Shown here piece after piece: positions 1-11,829 of a DNA stretch of 37,788 nucleotides (the stretch's first letter is position 1; each line of letters starts with the position of its first letter). The position numbers and the translations under genes are program-made. The stretch lies in NCBI RefSeq assembly GCF_001194135.2, contig NC_068985.1:88671007-88708794 (forward strand). Reading direction: 5' to 3'. Under the pieces are notes generated by a model. That model had not been told where the DNA came from. It saw nothing but the letters and a program-made list of their open reading frames with translations, and searched no databases. The DNA comes from Octopus bimaculoides (Eukaryota).

Positions 1-34
1 TATATATATATACATACATATATATATATATACA

Positions 35-542
35 AGAGATTTTAAAATCCAATGTGAATCCATAATCGAGACTCGGAGACGATATATTGTTATGGTAGAT
101 AGAAGGAAAATGGAAGACAATATTATAAACATTGCAATAGAACGGAATGCACTCATAAATGACAAAGAGCTACCAAATATTGAACACTGGGAACTACTAA
201 AAGAAGAAATAGCGAGAATGCGGAGTATGAGGAGAGAGAATTAATTTTTGATAGTTGTAGGAGCACTCGAACTACTAACGACCAAGTGCATGTAATCTGT
301 CAGAGAAATCGGAATTAACATGTGAGCAGGGCAAGCGGAAATATCTGCCCTGTGCCGGCAGCTAGGATTTTGACATTGGCACTCGGGTGCTGAATGCCTC
401 CTACGATAATTAACAACTAATTATCAAAGTTTATAATGTATGGAAAGAGAACCTGTGAAACCTGACAGCAGGCTACAGTCTTCTCTCACAAAATCGCCGG
501 TACATAGAAGACCGAGCGTTCTGAAAAGACAAAGAACAACGA
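35..542 (+). mobile_element. Decayed 3' end of a non-LTR retrotransposon with C-terminal restriction-like endonuclease (R4/Dong-like)
   Basis: Manual translation from 35 gives RDFKIQCESIIETRRRYIVMVDRRKMEDNIINIAI...ELLKEEIARMRSM...*FLIVVGAL...SAL/ARILTLALGC* (stop at 391-393). This matches the recalled RLE pattern WDF.IQ.D..I..RRPDIV...IID.A...KY..L..EI...W...PIVVGALG...GTARIL. It has in-frame stops and a frameshift, and the 3' UTR runs into (AAT)n at 544. Confidence 0.8.
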
Positions 543-543
543 C

Positions 544-637
<94 letters not shown>

Positions 638-660
638 GTAACAATAATAATAATAATAAT
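544..660. repeat. (AAT)n microsatellite (tail/target of upstream LINE)
   Basis: Direct reading; one interruption near 634-642. Confidence 0.98.
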
Positions 661-1563
661 ACGTAAAATCGGATAACATATCGGTTCCCTATAATATATT
701 TGTTCAGTATTTCTTGGTTAACTTCAATAAATATATTTTGTTCAGTGGATTACTTTCTGAAATGAAATCCGACATTGACGTATATTTTGTACTATATACG
801 AATAATGACATCACACTTCAATGGATAATATGATACGCAACGCTCAAAATCACGATATAATAACATGAGAATAAAAAATATACTTAACTTCACTTTCAAC
901 TCATAATACATTGAAATATATAAAATATTAAGATGAGACTGCAATATTTTTTCTATCATAACTTTCAATGTAATCTTATAAAAAAATGCAAAGTTAAACA
1001 TGCCAAATTTTGTTCAAAGTCAACATATTGAACAGAAGACATTATGAACTGAATAAACTAAAAAAATATATTTGTTTACGTGTTTTCACAATAAATTGAA
1101 AACTTATAAAGTACTATTGACAGAAAAACAAAGAATAATCGGTGTTTTCAGAAAACAACATAGCCAGAAGAAAGATTTCAAATGAAAAATGTTTCGTAAA
1201 CAGGATATTGAAACAGAAAAATGGTGAACAAGGAAGGATAGCACTGTCAGGTGCTCGATGAATGTATTCACAATAAACTCCAGTACTTTTACTAGTAATT
1301 CCTATGTAGTCTTCCATGTTATTATTTTTATATCAATTGAAATTGATTTAAAAATGGTAATTTTAGTTTTACACCAATGCACATGTAAACGAAGTCCGTT
1401 CTGTCGTACCATGTGAATCTCAATGCAGGTGCACTTTTATTTCGTGTCTTATTATCGTGTTGTTAAACTTCTGACAAACATTCAAGAGCGAATAAAAGTG
1501 TATCGAAACATATGTATATATGTAATGTAACCTTGCATGATTTATTGGGTAAATATTCATGCT

Positions 1564-1739
1564 CAATTCTATATCTAAGAGATGAGTATTTTATTAACGT
1601 TATTTACATTTGACGGATATTTTTCCTCATCTTGTTTCTTGTTTACACAACGTTTCGGCTGATATACCCTCTAGACTTCATCAGGTGTCTTTGAGAAATT
1701 TCAAACCTGGGTTATCAGTCCTAAAGAATGTGTCGATAT

Positions 1740-1740
<1 letters not shown>
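1564..1740 (-). mobile_element. Hammerhead-motif repeat, copy 1 (body and 3' part, no tRNA head)
   Basis: Aligns directly to 29108-29290 and in reverse complement to 2311-2466; contains the hammerhead core at 1645-1689. Confidence 0.85.
1645..1689 (-). ncRNA. Minimal type I hammerhead ribozyme motif (stem II degenerate)
   Basis: Minus strand reads GACAC-CUGAUGA-A-GUCUA-GAGGGUAUAU-CAGCC-GAAA-CGUU-GUGU. Stem I ACAC/GUGU is intact; stem II has two mismatches. Confidence 0.6.
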
Positions 1741-1805
<65 letters not shown>

Positions 1806-2280
1806 CATTTAACTTCCATTTTCCATGCTAGCATGGGTTGGACGATTTGACTGGGGACTGGCGAACCAGACTGCTACACCAGACTCCAATCTTATCTGGC
1901 AGAGTTTCTACAGTTGGATGCCCTTCCTAATGCCAACCACTCCGAGAGTGTAGTGGGTGCTTTTTATGTGACACCTGCACGGGGGCCAGTGAGGCGTTAC
2001 TGGCATCGGCTACGCTCAAATGTTTTTTACGTGCCACCTGCTCAGGAATCAGTCCAATGTTTTGTTCACATGCCACCGACACAAGTGTCAGTAAGGTGAA
2101 GCTGGAAACGATCGCGCTNNNNNNNNNNTATTAGCACTCCACTGGCACGGGTGCCAGTCATCGAATTTCGTTCAGTTTCGATCTCACTTGCCCCAACAGA
2201 TCTTCGCAAGCTTTTAGTGTCCAATGAAAGAAGGTTGGCATGGGTGCCAGTCAACGAATTTTTTCAGTTTCGATTTCGAT
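1741..2280 (-). mobile_element. SINE/non-autonomous retroelement with RTE-type 3' end and (TTA)n tail
   Basis: Minus strand ends ...CGTCCAACCCATGCTAGCATGGAAAATGGAAGTTAAATGATTATTATT(TTA)n and has internal repeated GGCACGGGTGCCAGTCA-like units. The family assignment is from recall. 10-nt gap at 2119-2128. Confidence 0.7.
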
Positions 2281-2466
2281 TATAATAATAATAACAATAA
2301 TAATACTAATATCGAAAAAATACCTTAGGAATTAGAACCCAGGTTCCAAATTTCTCCAGACAGCTGATGAAGGCTGGATGGTATATCAGCCGAAACGTTG
2401 AGTTAACAACAAGCAAGGTGAGGACAACTATCCGTCAAATGTAAATAATGTAAATAAAATACTCAT
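2281..2466 (+). mobile_element. Hammerhead-motif repeat, copy 2 (AAT linker, body and 3' part)
   Basis: Reverse-complement match to 1564-1740 and to 29130-29330. Confidence 0.85.
2359..2404 (+). ncRNA. Minimal type I hammerhead ribozyme motif (stem II intact, stem I mutated)
   Basis: GACAG-CUGAUGA(2364-2370)-A-GGCUG-GAUGGUAUAU-CAGCC-GAAA(2392-2395)-CGUU-GAGUU. Perfect 5-bp stem II; predicted cleavage site after 2399. Confidence 0.65.
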
Positions 2467-2825
2467 GTGTATGCACATATCCATGTACTCTCTCTCACAT
2501 ACTCACACACACACATATTATTTGCCTTTTACACTTTCTTTGTTTTAGTCGTGGAACTGTGACCAGGCTTGATCATCACTTTGAAGAATATTTGTTGAAC
2601 GAATCGACAGCTGTAATTATCTGAAGCCTCGAACTAATTCTATCGGTTTTTAGACGAATCGCTAGGATGTAAACACACCCAAACCGGATTTGAAATTGTG
2701 GTGGAGAGCAATGACACGAAGGCACACAGACAGAATCCTATGGCTGTGTGTGCGTGAATATGCGCATGTGTGAGTGTGTGTGTGTGTGTGAGTGCGTGTG
2801 CTCTTCTGTGTCTGTGTTTATAGAG

Positions 2826-2937
2826 CGGGCTTCTCTTAACTTCCGTCTACCAAGTCCACTGAGAAGTTGTTGGTGGCGAAAAAAATTTTATAGAAGCCAT
2901 GTGCCTACGGAGCAACCCCCATTTGGACTGAAAACGT
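2826..2937 (-). mobile_element. tRNA-derived SINE fragment (family B, degenerate)
   Basis: CGGGCTTC...TTCCGTCTACCAAGTCCACT aligns with the better-preserved copy at 25204-25306. Confidence 0.6.
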
Positions 2938-3012
<75 letters not shown>

Positions 3013-3014
<2 letters not shown>

Positions 3015-3112
3015 GCAGGTAGCTTGCTTACCAACCGCATGGTCCCGAGTTCAGTCCCACTGCGTGGCACCTTGGGCAAATGTATTCTACTATACCTTCG
3101 GGCCGATCAAAG
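3013..3112 (+). mobile_element. tRNA-derived SINE 5' fragment (family B)
   Basis: B-box-like GAGTTCAGTCCC followed by CACTGCGTGGCACCTTGGGCAA...CTATA...GGGCCGA; reverse complement of 25245-25306. Confidence 0.75.
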
Positions 3113-3464
3113 ACGATCCGTTTAGAGTGGCAACTACATTAACGGTACCAGAATCCGCATAACGGTACATCTACATATGGAAAGCAGTTTGCCAACGGCC
3201 CTTCAGTGGCGCACACCCTGATAAACACAATGACTACCAATAAATTCAGGCCACCGCAGGCAGAGAAGATGTTTTTGTAGCCGAGTATTTTAAACTTACG
3301 AAGACAATATTTGCATATCGTCTGAGGAAACACAACTTGATTTCATGAGGTAAGGAAACAGTTTCATATTCAACTATCTACAGTACTACGATGCGTGGAA
3401 ACAATTGTAGTGTTTAAAAACTAAATATTCAACCGTACCCCTTCTTGTTGACCCATTAACAAAA

Positions 3465-4306
3465 TTCCTTCAAGAAAAATCCCCGAAACTTTCACCAGAC
3501 CAATAATTTGCATATACAACAATTATGAACGAAATGATACATACGAGAGGAAGGTTAAATTGTTTAGAGTTACCAGGAGGAACCGGAAATGTGTTACAAA
3601 TTTAGTGCTAGCCAAAATGCGGCAGAAAAATGAAATAGCCGTAGCTGTAGCGTGGCCTGGAATTACTGCGACTTTACTCCCAGGACCTCGAAAAGCTCAT
3701 GCAGCATTTAAGCAATCATGGTACCAAAGAACGTTAGTGTGGTTGATTTAAATGAAAGACTCGAGAAATTTGTATCAGGAAACGACATGCCTACAAATCT
3801 ACAGACTCTGTTGTGGATGAATCAGAGATAGCCAATTACCCAGTTGAGTTCTTAAACCCACTGCAGCCACAAGGAGTTCCTTCTCGTTACCATTTAAAAT
3901 AAGCGCTCCAATCATACTTCTGTGCAACCTTTTGTGCAATGCTTGTGCGCATGCCTCTGTACAACGGCACAGCACTTATTGTCAAGAGATTTAGGAGAAA
4001 TATCATACAGGCCACAATAATTTTTAGATGTGGAAAAAGTGAAGATATTTTTATTACTCAGTTGCATTTTATACCTTCCAATATGCCGTTTCAGTTCAAA
4101 TAACAACAATTTCCAATTCGTCTGTCTTTTACGATGTCCACGGTCAGACTTCTAAAGTTGCTGTTTTACAATTAAAAGAGGACAGTTTCTCACACGGTCA
4201 GTTATATGTTGTGAAATCCAGAATGGGGAGCGAGAAAAATCTTTTCGTTTTTGCCCTCATTGGTAACACTCGAAACATTGTCTATAAGGAAGATTTTATC
4301 ATGTGA
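3465..4306 (+). pseudogene. Helitron PIF1-family helicase remnant, frameshifted and internally deleted
   Basis: Translation across frameshifts gives LSPDQ*FAYTTIMNE...LELPGGTG (Walker A), [124 protein letters not shown] and NIVYKEDFIM*. These are characteristic Helitron helicase motifs. Confidence 0.9.
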
Positions 4307-5549
4307 TCGTCAAACTAAAATTTACCAAATGATTAATAATTCTTGGTTCAATAAATTATAGTACATATGTTTTTACTTTCCCCGACCTTTCATTTATTTA
4401 TTTTGTACTAAACATAAGCCAAAGTCTGTGCGATGTTTGCTTCATTTATAAACTGCAATACTTCAGATTATAAATCAGACGTTTATGTGTATCCATGATG
4501 ATATTGGCCCGAAGGAAATAGCTCTATCGTCTACGTGAAAGTTAACATCCTTTTCTTTTTATGTTCAATACAATCTAAATGAATAACTGTCAATGTTCAC
4601 AGTACAATTTTGCCAGCCTTTTTCAACCAAGTCAATGACAGGTATTTCTGCAAGTTAAAATAAATGCGCAGACAAAATTGACTAAAATATACTGGTGTAA
4701 TTTATACAAGATGAACTAATGCTTCTTTGAAATATTCTACACAAAAAAGCTACATCCTGCTTTACAAAATAGGGAACAGGGGTTCCTGATATTTACTGCT
4801 GTCATTTTAGTGCTCATGGAATGTTTAATGTTAAATCTTGGTTACTTGTGTTCGCAAAGTGGTTTTCAGTACAGTATAAAACAATGGAATTGTAAATATT
4901 CTCCAAATACCCTCAAGTACAATTCGTAACTACCACAATAGTATAATCTAGAAATGTTTTGCTAAAATCTAAGGTATGAGCGCTTAGTCATGTAAAACAC
5001 TATATCTGAGTGGAGCGTATGGTAGACGGCGAAGAGGAGAATTGAGATAATAAGAATAATTTTCTCAAATAATTTCACTTTTGCACATCAATTTATACTA
5101 AATTCCAGCAAAGAAAACAAAAGGAAAGTAAATATTGTACAAGTTTAGACACAACCAATATAGGGAAGCAATCCTTAAAGGAAAAATTCTAGATAAAGAG
5201 ATAAATGTAATTTATTGAAGTATTATCTTTGATATCTATATTTGCCGAAGGATGTTCAAAGGTACCATAAAATGAATCAATAAGTTATATCTTAAATGCG
5301 CTTCAATTTAAAGAGTAGTTAACTCGAAGATCAAATATGAGATATCAGTTGGATAATTTCTTTGGATGGACAGTTTACATGTCAAACACATGTTAACGAT
5401 TTCTAAGTCAAGATATGTGTTTATCTAGCTTGCTAACTAGTTAGTTATTTGCATCTGTCTCTGTCCCTCTCTCTTTCTGTCTTTATCTACTTAACTATCT
5501 GTCCATCCACCTCACAAGGTCTGTCTGTTTGTCCCTGTGTGTGAGTGTA

Positions 5550-5586
<37 letters not shown>

Positions 5587-6565
5587 NNNNNNNNNNNNNN
5601 NNNNNNNNNNNNNNNNNNNNNNNNNNATAGGTATAGATATCAATATACACATACACATGCGGATTACAAGAAAAGGTTATATACATAGGTGTAAAAAGCG
5701 CATTTATTTGTGGCAACAATTAACTGTAAGAGACAGACAGTATTATTATTATTGCAGAAAATTATGCGAAGATATGTAGTATTTGCAAAAATGGAAAATA
5801 TGGAAACAGTTCCAGGAATATATACTTTGAAATGTATTTCGGTATTCAATTAATTTGTTAAAATGCGACTTGTATTTTTCTTTTTCCCCTGGCAGGATAT
5901 AAGTATAGAACGGTTGAAGAGAAGCGGATGAGGGCTAATAAAAAATACGCAAGAAATTAAAATAAAAACAAGCGTAGGAATAAGTGGAGCATCAGAGATT
6001 ACTTTGTTTGTTCGTTCCAAAGAGTTTGTTAGTTGTAAGTGACGCTGCCTGCTCGATGTCCAATACGCAAATATCTTCCTACTTGTAGAACGGAAGACGC
6101 AATTTGCATATTATGAAGTCCCATACAGGCCGACGTCAAATATTTGTAAAAATAATAAGATATTTTAAGAAGGGAACTTTTCATTTGATAATGCAAATCA
6201 CAGAAAACAACTCATTCAAACATCACGCAAAAGATATGATGTTAGATATTGTAGTAAATATACAAATGAAATGTTAGCTGTGATTCCTGTTTCATATTTA
6301 TATCACTATTTCGGATTAAATCATATATGGCAAATGAAATAGGTAATATAATTTTGCTCATGAGATTAGCTTAAAACAATCGTTATCGCAAGCTCATAAT
6401 ATAGTTGTAGAAATCTATTCTACAGGTATGAGAAATGAAACACAGGTATGAGAACTGAAATAAGTATTATACCTGCATGGAGAACGAAACGTGAGGAAAG
6501 ATGCAACCACAGCGACGTAGAACAAATTGATTAGCCTACAATTTGGATTTATTTTACCAATAAAA

Positions 6566-6697
6566 GAGCAGATATGGTGTGCTCTAAGAAGTTTGCTTCC
6601 CCAACACAGCTCTGCTGGTTCCAGGCTTAGCCCCACAACGTGGCACATTCAGCATGTGTTTTCTACTATAGCCCATGGGTCAACCAAAGCCATGTGT
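6566..6697 (+). mobile_element. Degenerate tRNA-derived SINE 5' fragment (family B)
   Basis: TAAGAAGTTTGCTTCCCAAC...GGTTCCAGG...CGTGGCAC...CTACTATAGCC..GG.C.ACCAAAGCC parallels 3013-3112. Confidence 0.6.
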
Positions 6698-6898
6698 GGA
6701 AGATGAATGGCAGCATAACGTCGCCATCATTAGTGATCACTCCAATCCCCATGTTGTTCATTGTATATCTGATTTTTATCACTCTCGGTACATGTCCTTA
6801 GATTGCATTGTCTTTCGATTGACATCCGAACAATCTGAAATATTCGTATTGCAGCTTCCAGCACGAATACGTAAGAGTACAGCATTTTTCTCCCAGAC
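6690..6898 (-). pseudogene. Tc1/mariner-superfamily transposase remnant (N-terminal HTH segment fused to catalytic-domain segment)
   Basis: Minus strand reads VWEKNAVLLRIRAGSCNTNISDCSDVNRKTMQ, then after a frame change HVPRVIKIRYTMNNMGIGVITNDGDVMLPFIFH. The second part resembles the recalled 'VMVFGVITSDGDVMPPFIF' segment of DD37D/maT-like transposases. Confidence 0.65.
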
Positions 6899-7911
6899 GC
6901 TGCCTAACTCACTCTACTATACTGTGTAGTCAAAATCAAANNNNNNNNNNNNNNNNNNNNNNNNNNNNNNNNNNNNNNNNNNNNNNNNNNNNNNNNNNNN
7001 NNNNNNNNNNNNNNNNNNNNNNNNNNNNNNNNNNNNNNNNNNNNNNNNNNNNNNNNNNNNNNNNNNNNNNNNNNNNNNNNNNNNNNNNNNNNNNNNNNNN
7101 NNNNNNNNNNNNNNNNNNNNNNNNNNNNNNNNNNNNNNNNNNNNNNNNNNNNNNNNNNNNNNNNNNNNNNNNNNNNNNNNNNNNNNNNNNNNNNNNNNNN
7201 NNNNNNNNNNNNNNNNNNNNNNNNNNNNNNNNNNNNNNNNNNNNNNNNNNNNNNNNNNNNNNNNNNNNNNNNNNNNNNNNNNNNNNNNNNNNNNNNNNNN
7301 NNNNNNNNNNNNNNNNNNNNNNNNNNNNNNNNNNNNNNNNNNNNNNNNNNNNNNNNNNNNNNNNNNNNNNNNNNNNNNNNNNNNNNNNNNNNNNNNNNNN
7401 NNNNNNNNNNNNNNNNNNNNNNNNNNNNNNNNNNNNNNNNNNNNNNNNNNNNNNNNNNNNNNNNNNNNNNNNNNNNNNNNNNNNNNNNNNNNNNNNNNNN
7501 NNNNNNNNNNNNNNNNNNNNNNNNNNNNNNNNNNNNNNNNNNNNNNNNNNNNNNNNNNNNNNNNNNNNNNNNNNNNNNNNNNNNNNNNNNNNNNNNNNNN
7601 NNNNNNNNNNNNNNNNNNNNNNNNNNNNNNNNNNNNNNNNNNNNNNNNNNNNNNNNNNNNNNNNNNNNNNNNNNNNNNNNNNNNNNNNNNNNNNNNNNNN
7701 NNNNNNNNNNNNNNNNNNNNNNNNNNNNNNNNNNNNNNNNNNNNNNNNNNNNNNNNNNNNNNNNNNNNNNNNNNNNNNNNNNNNNNNNNNNNNNNNNNNN
7801 NNNNNNNNNNNNNNNNNNNNNNNNNNNNNNNNNNNNNNNNNNNNNNNNNNNNNNNNNNNNNNNNNNNATTTTTTGCATTACCACAATAACTGTTGCATAT
7901 AAGACGGTGCG

Positions 7912-8105
7912 CTATCAGAAATGTTAGCACGCCGGGCGAAATGCTTAGCAGGGTTTCCTCTATATTTACGTTCTGAGTTACAATTCCGCCGAGGTCGACT
8001 TTGACTTTCATCCTTTCGGGGTTGATAAATTAAGCGCCAATTGCGTACTGCAATCGATCTAATTGACTGGCTCCCTTCCCCTAAATTTCGGGCCTTGTGT
8101 AGAAC
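7912..8105 (+). mobile_element. tRNA-derived SINE (family A)
   Basis: GTTAGCACGCCGGGCGAAATGCTTAGC...GTTCTGAGTT...TTCCGCCGAGGTCGACTTTG.CTTTCATCCTTTCGGGG is shared with 30631-30785 and, as reverse complement, with 34495-34709. Confidence 0.85.
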
Positions 8106-8759
8106 AGAATATCTGTTGCTTATTAAAAAACAAAACAGCTTATAAAATTATTGAAAGTTGGTGTATAAATTCACTGTCTAAATATCTGATTATAGGCACG
8201 GTACTGCAGCCTTAGATTCCAACTAGGTTAACGGGCAAACTTTCTACATGATAGCATTAAAATGAGCTTAGCTCTGTTGATATATATAACCTGTACATTT
8301 CTGCAGTATCTATAAACTAACGTAAGCCACACTAAAGCAATATACACATAAAAATGAAACTATAGGACACACACATTACAATACATTGCAACTTGCGTTT
8401 GTAATCCTGCACGAAAATTGCATTAGAAAGTTTCTTCAAAATACCTAAGGCAACAATAGCCTAGGAATAATCTTACAACATTTGTAGAAATATGAGAGAG
8501 ATAAATGAGAAACCTTGAAACATGGAAACCTGTTTTAGATTCACGAATATATTGTACAATATATTATATGTTGGAAAAGCGGTTTGGCATACGGATTTAA
8601 TGGATTGTATCTCAATATCCTGAATACGAGCTCAAAGATTCTCCCTACTCCATATAATGCAAACTTTATTTATTTATTTATATATATATANNNNNNNNNN
8701 TGCTGGTAACTTCTAAGGGAGTAACTGAAAAGTATTTATTTCATGGATTTATGTCTACC

Positions 8760-8810
8760 TGTGTGTGTGTGTGTGTGTGTGTATGTGTGTGTGTATGTGT
8801 GTGTGTGTGT
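8760..8810. repeat. (TG)n microsatellite
   Basis: Direct reading. Confidence 0.95.
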
Positions 8811-9602
8811 ACTGTGTTGAATGTCCTTTCATTATGTTGGGAATAAGACCAGTTGTGTGTTGATGGGTGTGTATGATCCTATAATAAATACATCTCCCGT
8901 ATTTCCCTACCGTAGGCTAGCACTAAAGTTACATACCAGATTTTAAAATAAGCAATAGATATTCGTAAAGTTATATCCAGTTCGATGTTATTCTGTGTGT
9001 ATATAGTTATGTGTTTTCGAAATGATAGCTGGTTATCCCCACTTTAGAAAATACACAAACTCAATTAGGAATTTGGTCATGCATACAACATTTACTATAA
9101 AATTAAAATAGACTAATAAGCTGTCAAATCTCTCAGAAAAGCAATTTTCTTAAGATTACAGTTTCTGGTAAACTCATTTTCATTATTTACCTTACATTTC
9201 CTTTCTTGAATGCCGCCATCTTAGGTTATATATTTAATAACGAGATACAATATAATGAAGAAAATAAATACCATAAGTCGTTAGTATATTTACTTGCGTG
9301 TATAAAAATTTCACTGCCATTCTATGTTTTCGCTTGGAAAGTAGTGAATTTCGTTTGTATTTTGAAGCCTCTAACTGACAAACATTTTTTTTTTTAAATA
9401 TTCAACCATTATTTTACAGTATATTTTCTGTTTCTTAAGGGTCAAGTATGAAATTGGAATTGTGCATCTTTGCTCATCTTCAATGTTATATTAACCCCTT
9501 TAGAATATTGTATAGAAAACTAATTTGATTTGATTTAATATGTTCCATACCTGTCTGTCTATCTATCTGCCTGTCTATCTCTTGATCTATCTATCTTCCT
9601 TC

Positions 9603-9607
<5 letters not shown>

Positions 9608-9679
<72 letters not shown>

Positions 9680-9689
9680 TGTGTGTGTG
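9608..9689. repeat. (TG)n microsatellite
   Basis: Direct reading. Confidence 0.97.
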
Positions 9690-10441
9690 TACGTATATAT
9701 TTATTATTGGATCAAAACACAAACCAAGTTCATTCTTCCAGAGCGAAAACAGAATGGTATTGAATGTTATATATATACGCACACATATCCATACCTACAT
9801 AAACAATTGTGAATATATTCGTATACAGTTGTCTTTTGTCACAATTTCGGTTGTAGCTTCTACTCCTCACCGACAAAATACGTCTTGCACACCATAATAA
9901 CTTGTTTAAAGCATTCATATTTACATAATTATGCCTTCGGGATAAATGGTAACTATTAACTAACTGTTCTTCGTATCTTGTTTGAAAATTCATAGCAGGA
10001 GGCCAAAACCAATCTAAAACACATTCTCGATAATTCTTTTATTTTCCAGTATCTTTATTTTTATACATTCCCTTTGCTGTGAAATCGTTCTATCTTATTA
10101 AATTATTTAACTGAAGAACCGCAACAGCAGTAAATGGTTTTGTAAACTATAACTTGGTTTATTTCGCCTTCAAGCTAATTATGATTTTAAAATACATTAT
10201 GCTAAAATGAATTTCATTTACTTATTTAGAAGACGAAGATATTTTTACGGCGTGTGGGAGACATCGTCCATTGATATGCGATTGATTAAGGAATGCCATG
10301 CCCTGACACATTTTAACTTCAATCCCACTTTACGCCAATCTCAGCTCTTGACTTCTAATATAAATGTGGATTAGCCTATGTCCTATCAGAGAAAATAGTT
10401 GACTAGCGATCGTCGAAATACTTCGTACAATCTCTCCCCCA

Positions 10442-10645
10442 CCTCTCTCTCTCTCTCTGTCTCTCTCTCACTCTCTCTCTCTCTCTGTATATATATATAT
10501 ATATNNNNNNNNNNNNNNNNNNNNNNNNNNNNNNNNNNNNNNNNNNNNNNNNNNNNNNNNNNNNNNNNNNNNNNNNNNNNNNNNNNNNNNNNNNNNNNNN
10601 NNNNNNNNNNNNNNNNNNNNNNNNNNNNNNNNNNNNNNNNNNNNN

Positions 10646-10690
<45 letters not shown>

Positions 10691-10698
10691 GGAGAAAG
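10442..10698. repeat. (CT)n/(TA)n/(GA)n microsatellites flanking N gap 10505-10645
   Basis: Direct reading. Confidence 0.9.
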
Positions 10699-11529
10699 AG
10701 TGCGACATACTAAGACAAACACGCACACATACACGTGTATTTTGGGGTTACTTGACAACTGCCTTTGTCATCTTTTCATCCCCTTTATGCAGCCAATCCC
10801 AAGGGTGCCGTAGAGAGTATTAACAGACTACACACAAGGATTCCATCGACTACAAACCTTCAAGATATTCTGCAGTTATATGTTTGAAGTAAACGGTGTT
10901 GATTCCTCTCAGAAAATATTGTATCATATCCGTCTTTAAACATTCCTTGCAATGCATCACTGTATTAAGAAACTAGGCTCGCCTTTATCACTGTTCAAGA
11001 CCCGAATGTCTGTTAGAATATAATGAAACATAAGTGATTTATTTGAAATTGCATGCGTACTTTCTGATTATACTTTACTATGTATTTCTTCAAGGTGGTT
11101 CGTATGCTAGCCGCCATTGCATGTGCAAGCATTCATTTCACCTGACAGTTGTTCCCAGGTATTTGTGTGGGTGTGGTCCATCCATTCCATCGCTCTCTTC
11201 GGTGCTTTTCTTCATCGTGGGTGGGAGGTCTTTCCCTCTGAGACTTTATGAAGCAGAATCTACTAAGATCATGGTTGTCTACAAAGTTACAGTCCTCACT
11301 CTGTTTGAGAAGGAGGCACATTTGACTCGTGTTGACTTCACGAAACTATACGTCACTCTCACAGATAATATCTATGCATTTTTCCACAGCGACGTCTTTG
11401 TCTAGAGATGGGTAGTGTGAGACAACAACCATACTACCCACTACACAAGGTGTGAGGTCGTTGGAATTGTTGCAACTACAGACTCTACTAAGGAGATATT
11501 CCGTGATCACACAGACATCCGAAGTCATT

Positions 11530-11829
11530 TCAGTGAGTGTAGCTACTAGAATAAGAATAGCCTGGGCAAAGTTCAGAGAGCTCTTACCTCTACTGGAGAA
11601 ACAAAGGCCTCTCACTCAGAGTAAAAGGCAGATTGCATGACGCATGTGTACGAACAGCCGTGCTACAAGGCAGTGAAACATGGGCCGTGACTGCTGAGGA
11701 CATGCGTAAACTTGGAAGGAAGGAATCCAGTATGCTCCGATGGAGGTGTGATGTCAGTGTGCATACTCGACACTAAGTGCCTTAAGAGAAAATTTGGAAC
11801 TAAGAAGTATGAGATGTGTTGTGCAAGAG
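11530..11829 (+). mobile_element. RTE-clade LINE reverse-transcriptase C-terminal fragment (frameshifted, cut by gap)
   Basis: SVATRIRIAWAKFRELLPLL / KGLSLRVKGRLHDACVRTAVLQGSETWAVTAEDMRKLGRKESSMLRW / LRSMRCVVQE. The YGSETW-like and MLRW motifs are typical of the RTE post-RT region. Confidence 0.85.

Noticed and set aside
440-679. Poly-I / poly-Y ORFs (also 19979-20350, 34585-34915, 36259-36763)
   Set aside because: Translations of (AAT)n, (TA)n and (TG)n microsatellites; no coding signal.
6102-6198. Two octamer motifs (ATTTGCAT 6102, ATGCAAAT 6191) and GACGTCA (6132)
   Set aside because: Short motifs are expected by chance in AT-rich DNA; no downstream snRNA-like sequence recognised.
6904-8011. 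Long 326/364-aa ORFs (also 10399-10758, 11663-11998, 18518-19354)
   Set aside because: They run through N gaps, so the X stretches are artefacts.
11100-11420. Minus-strand peptide with KYLG and 'VAVEKCIDIIC' resembling an RT fragment
   Set aside because: Similarity too weak to assign without a search.
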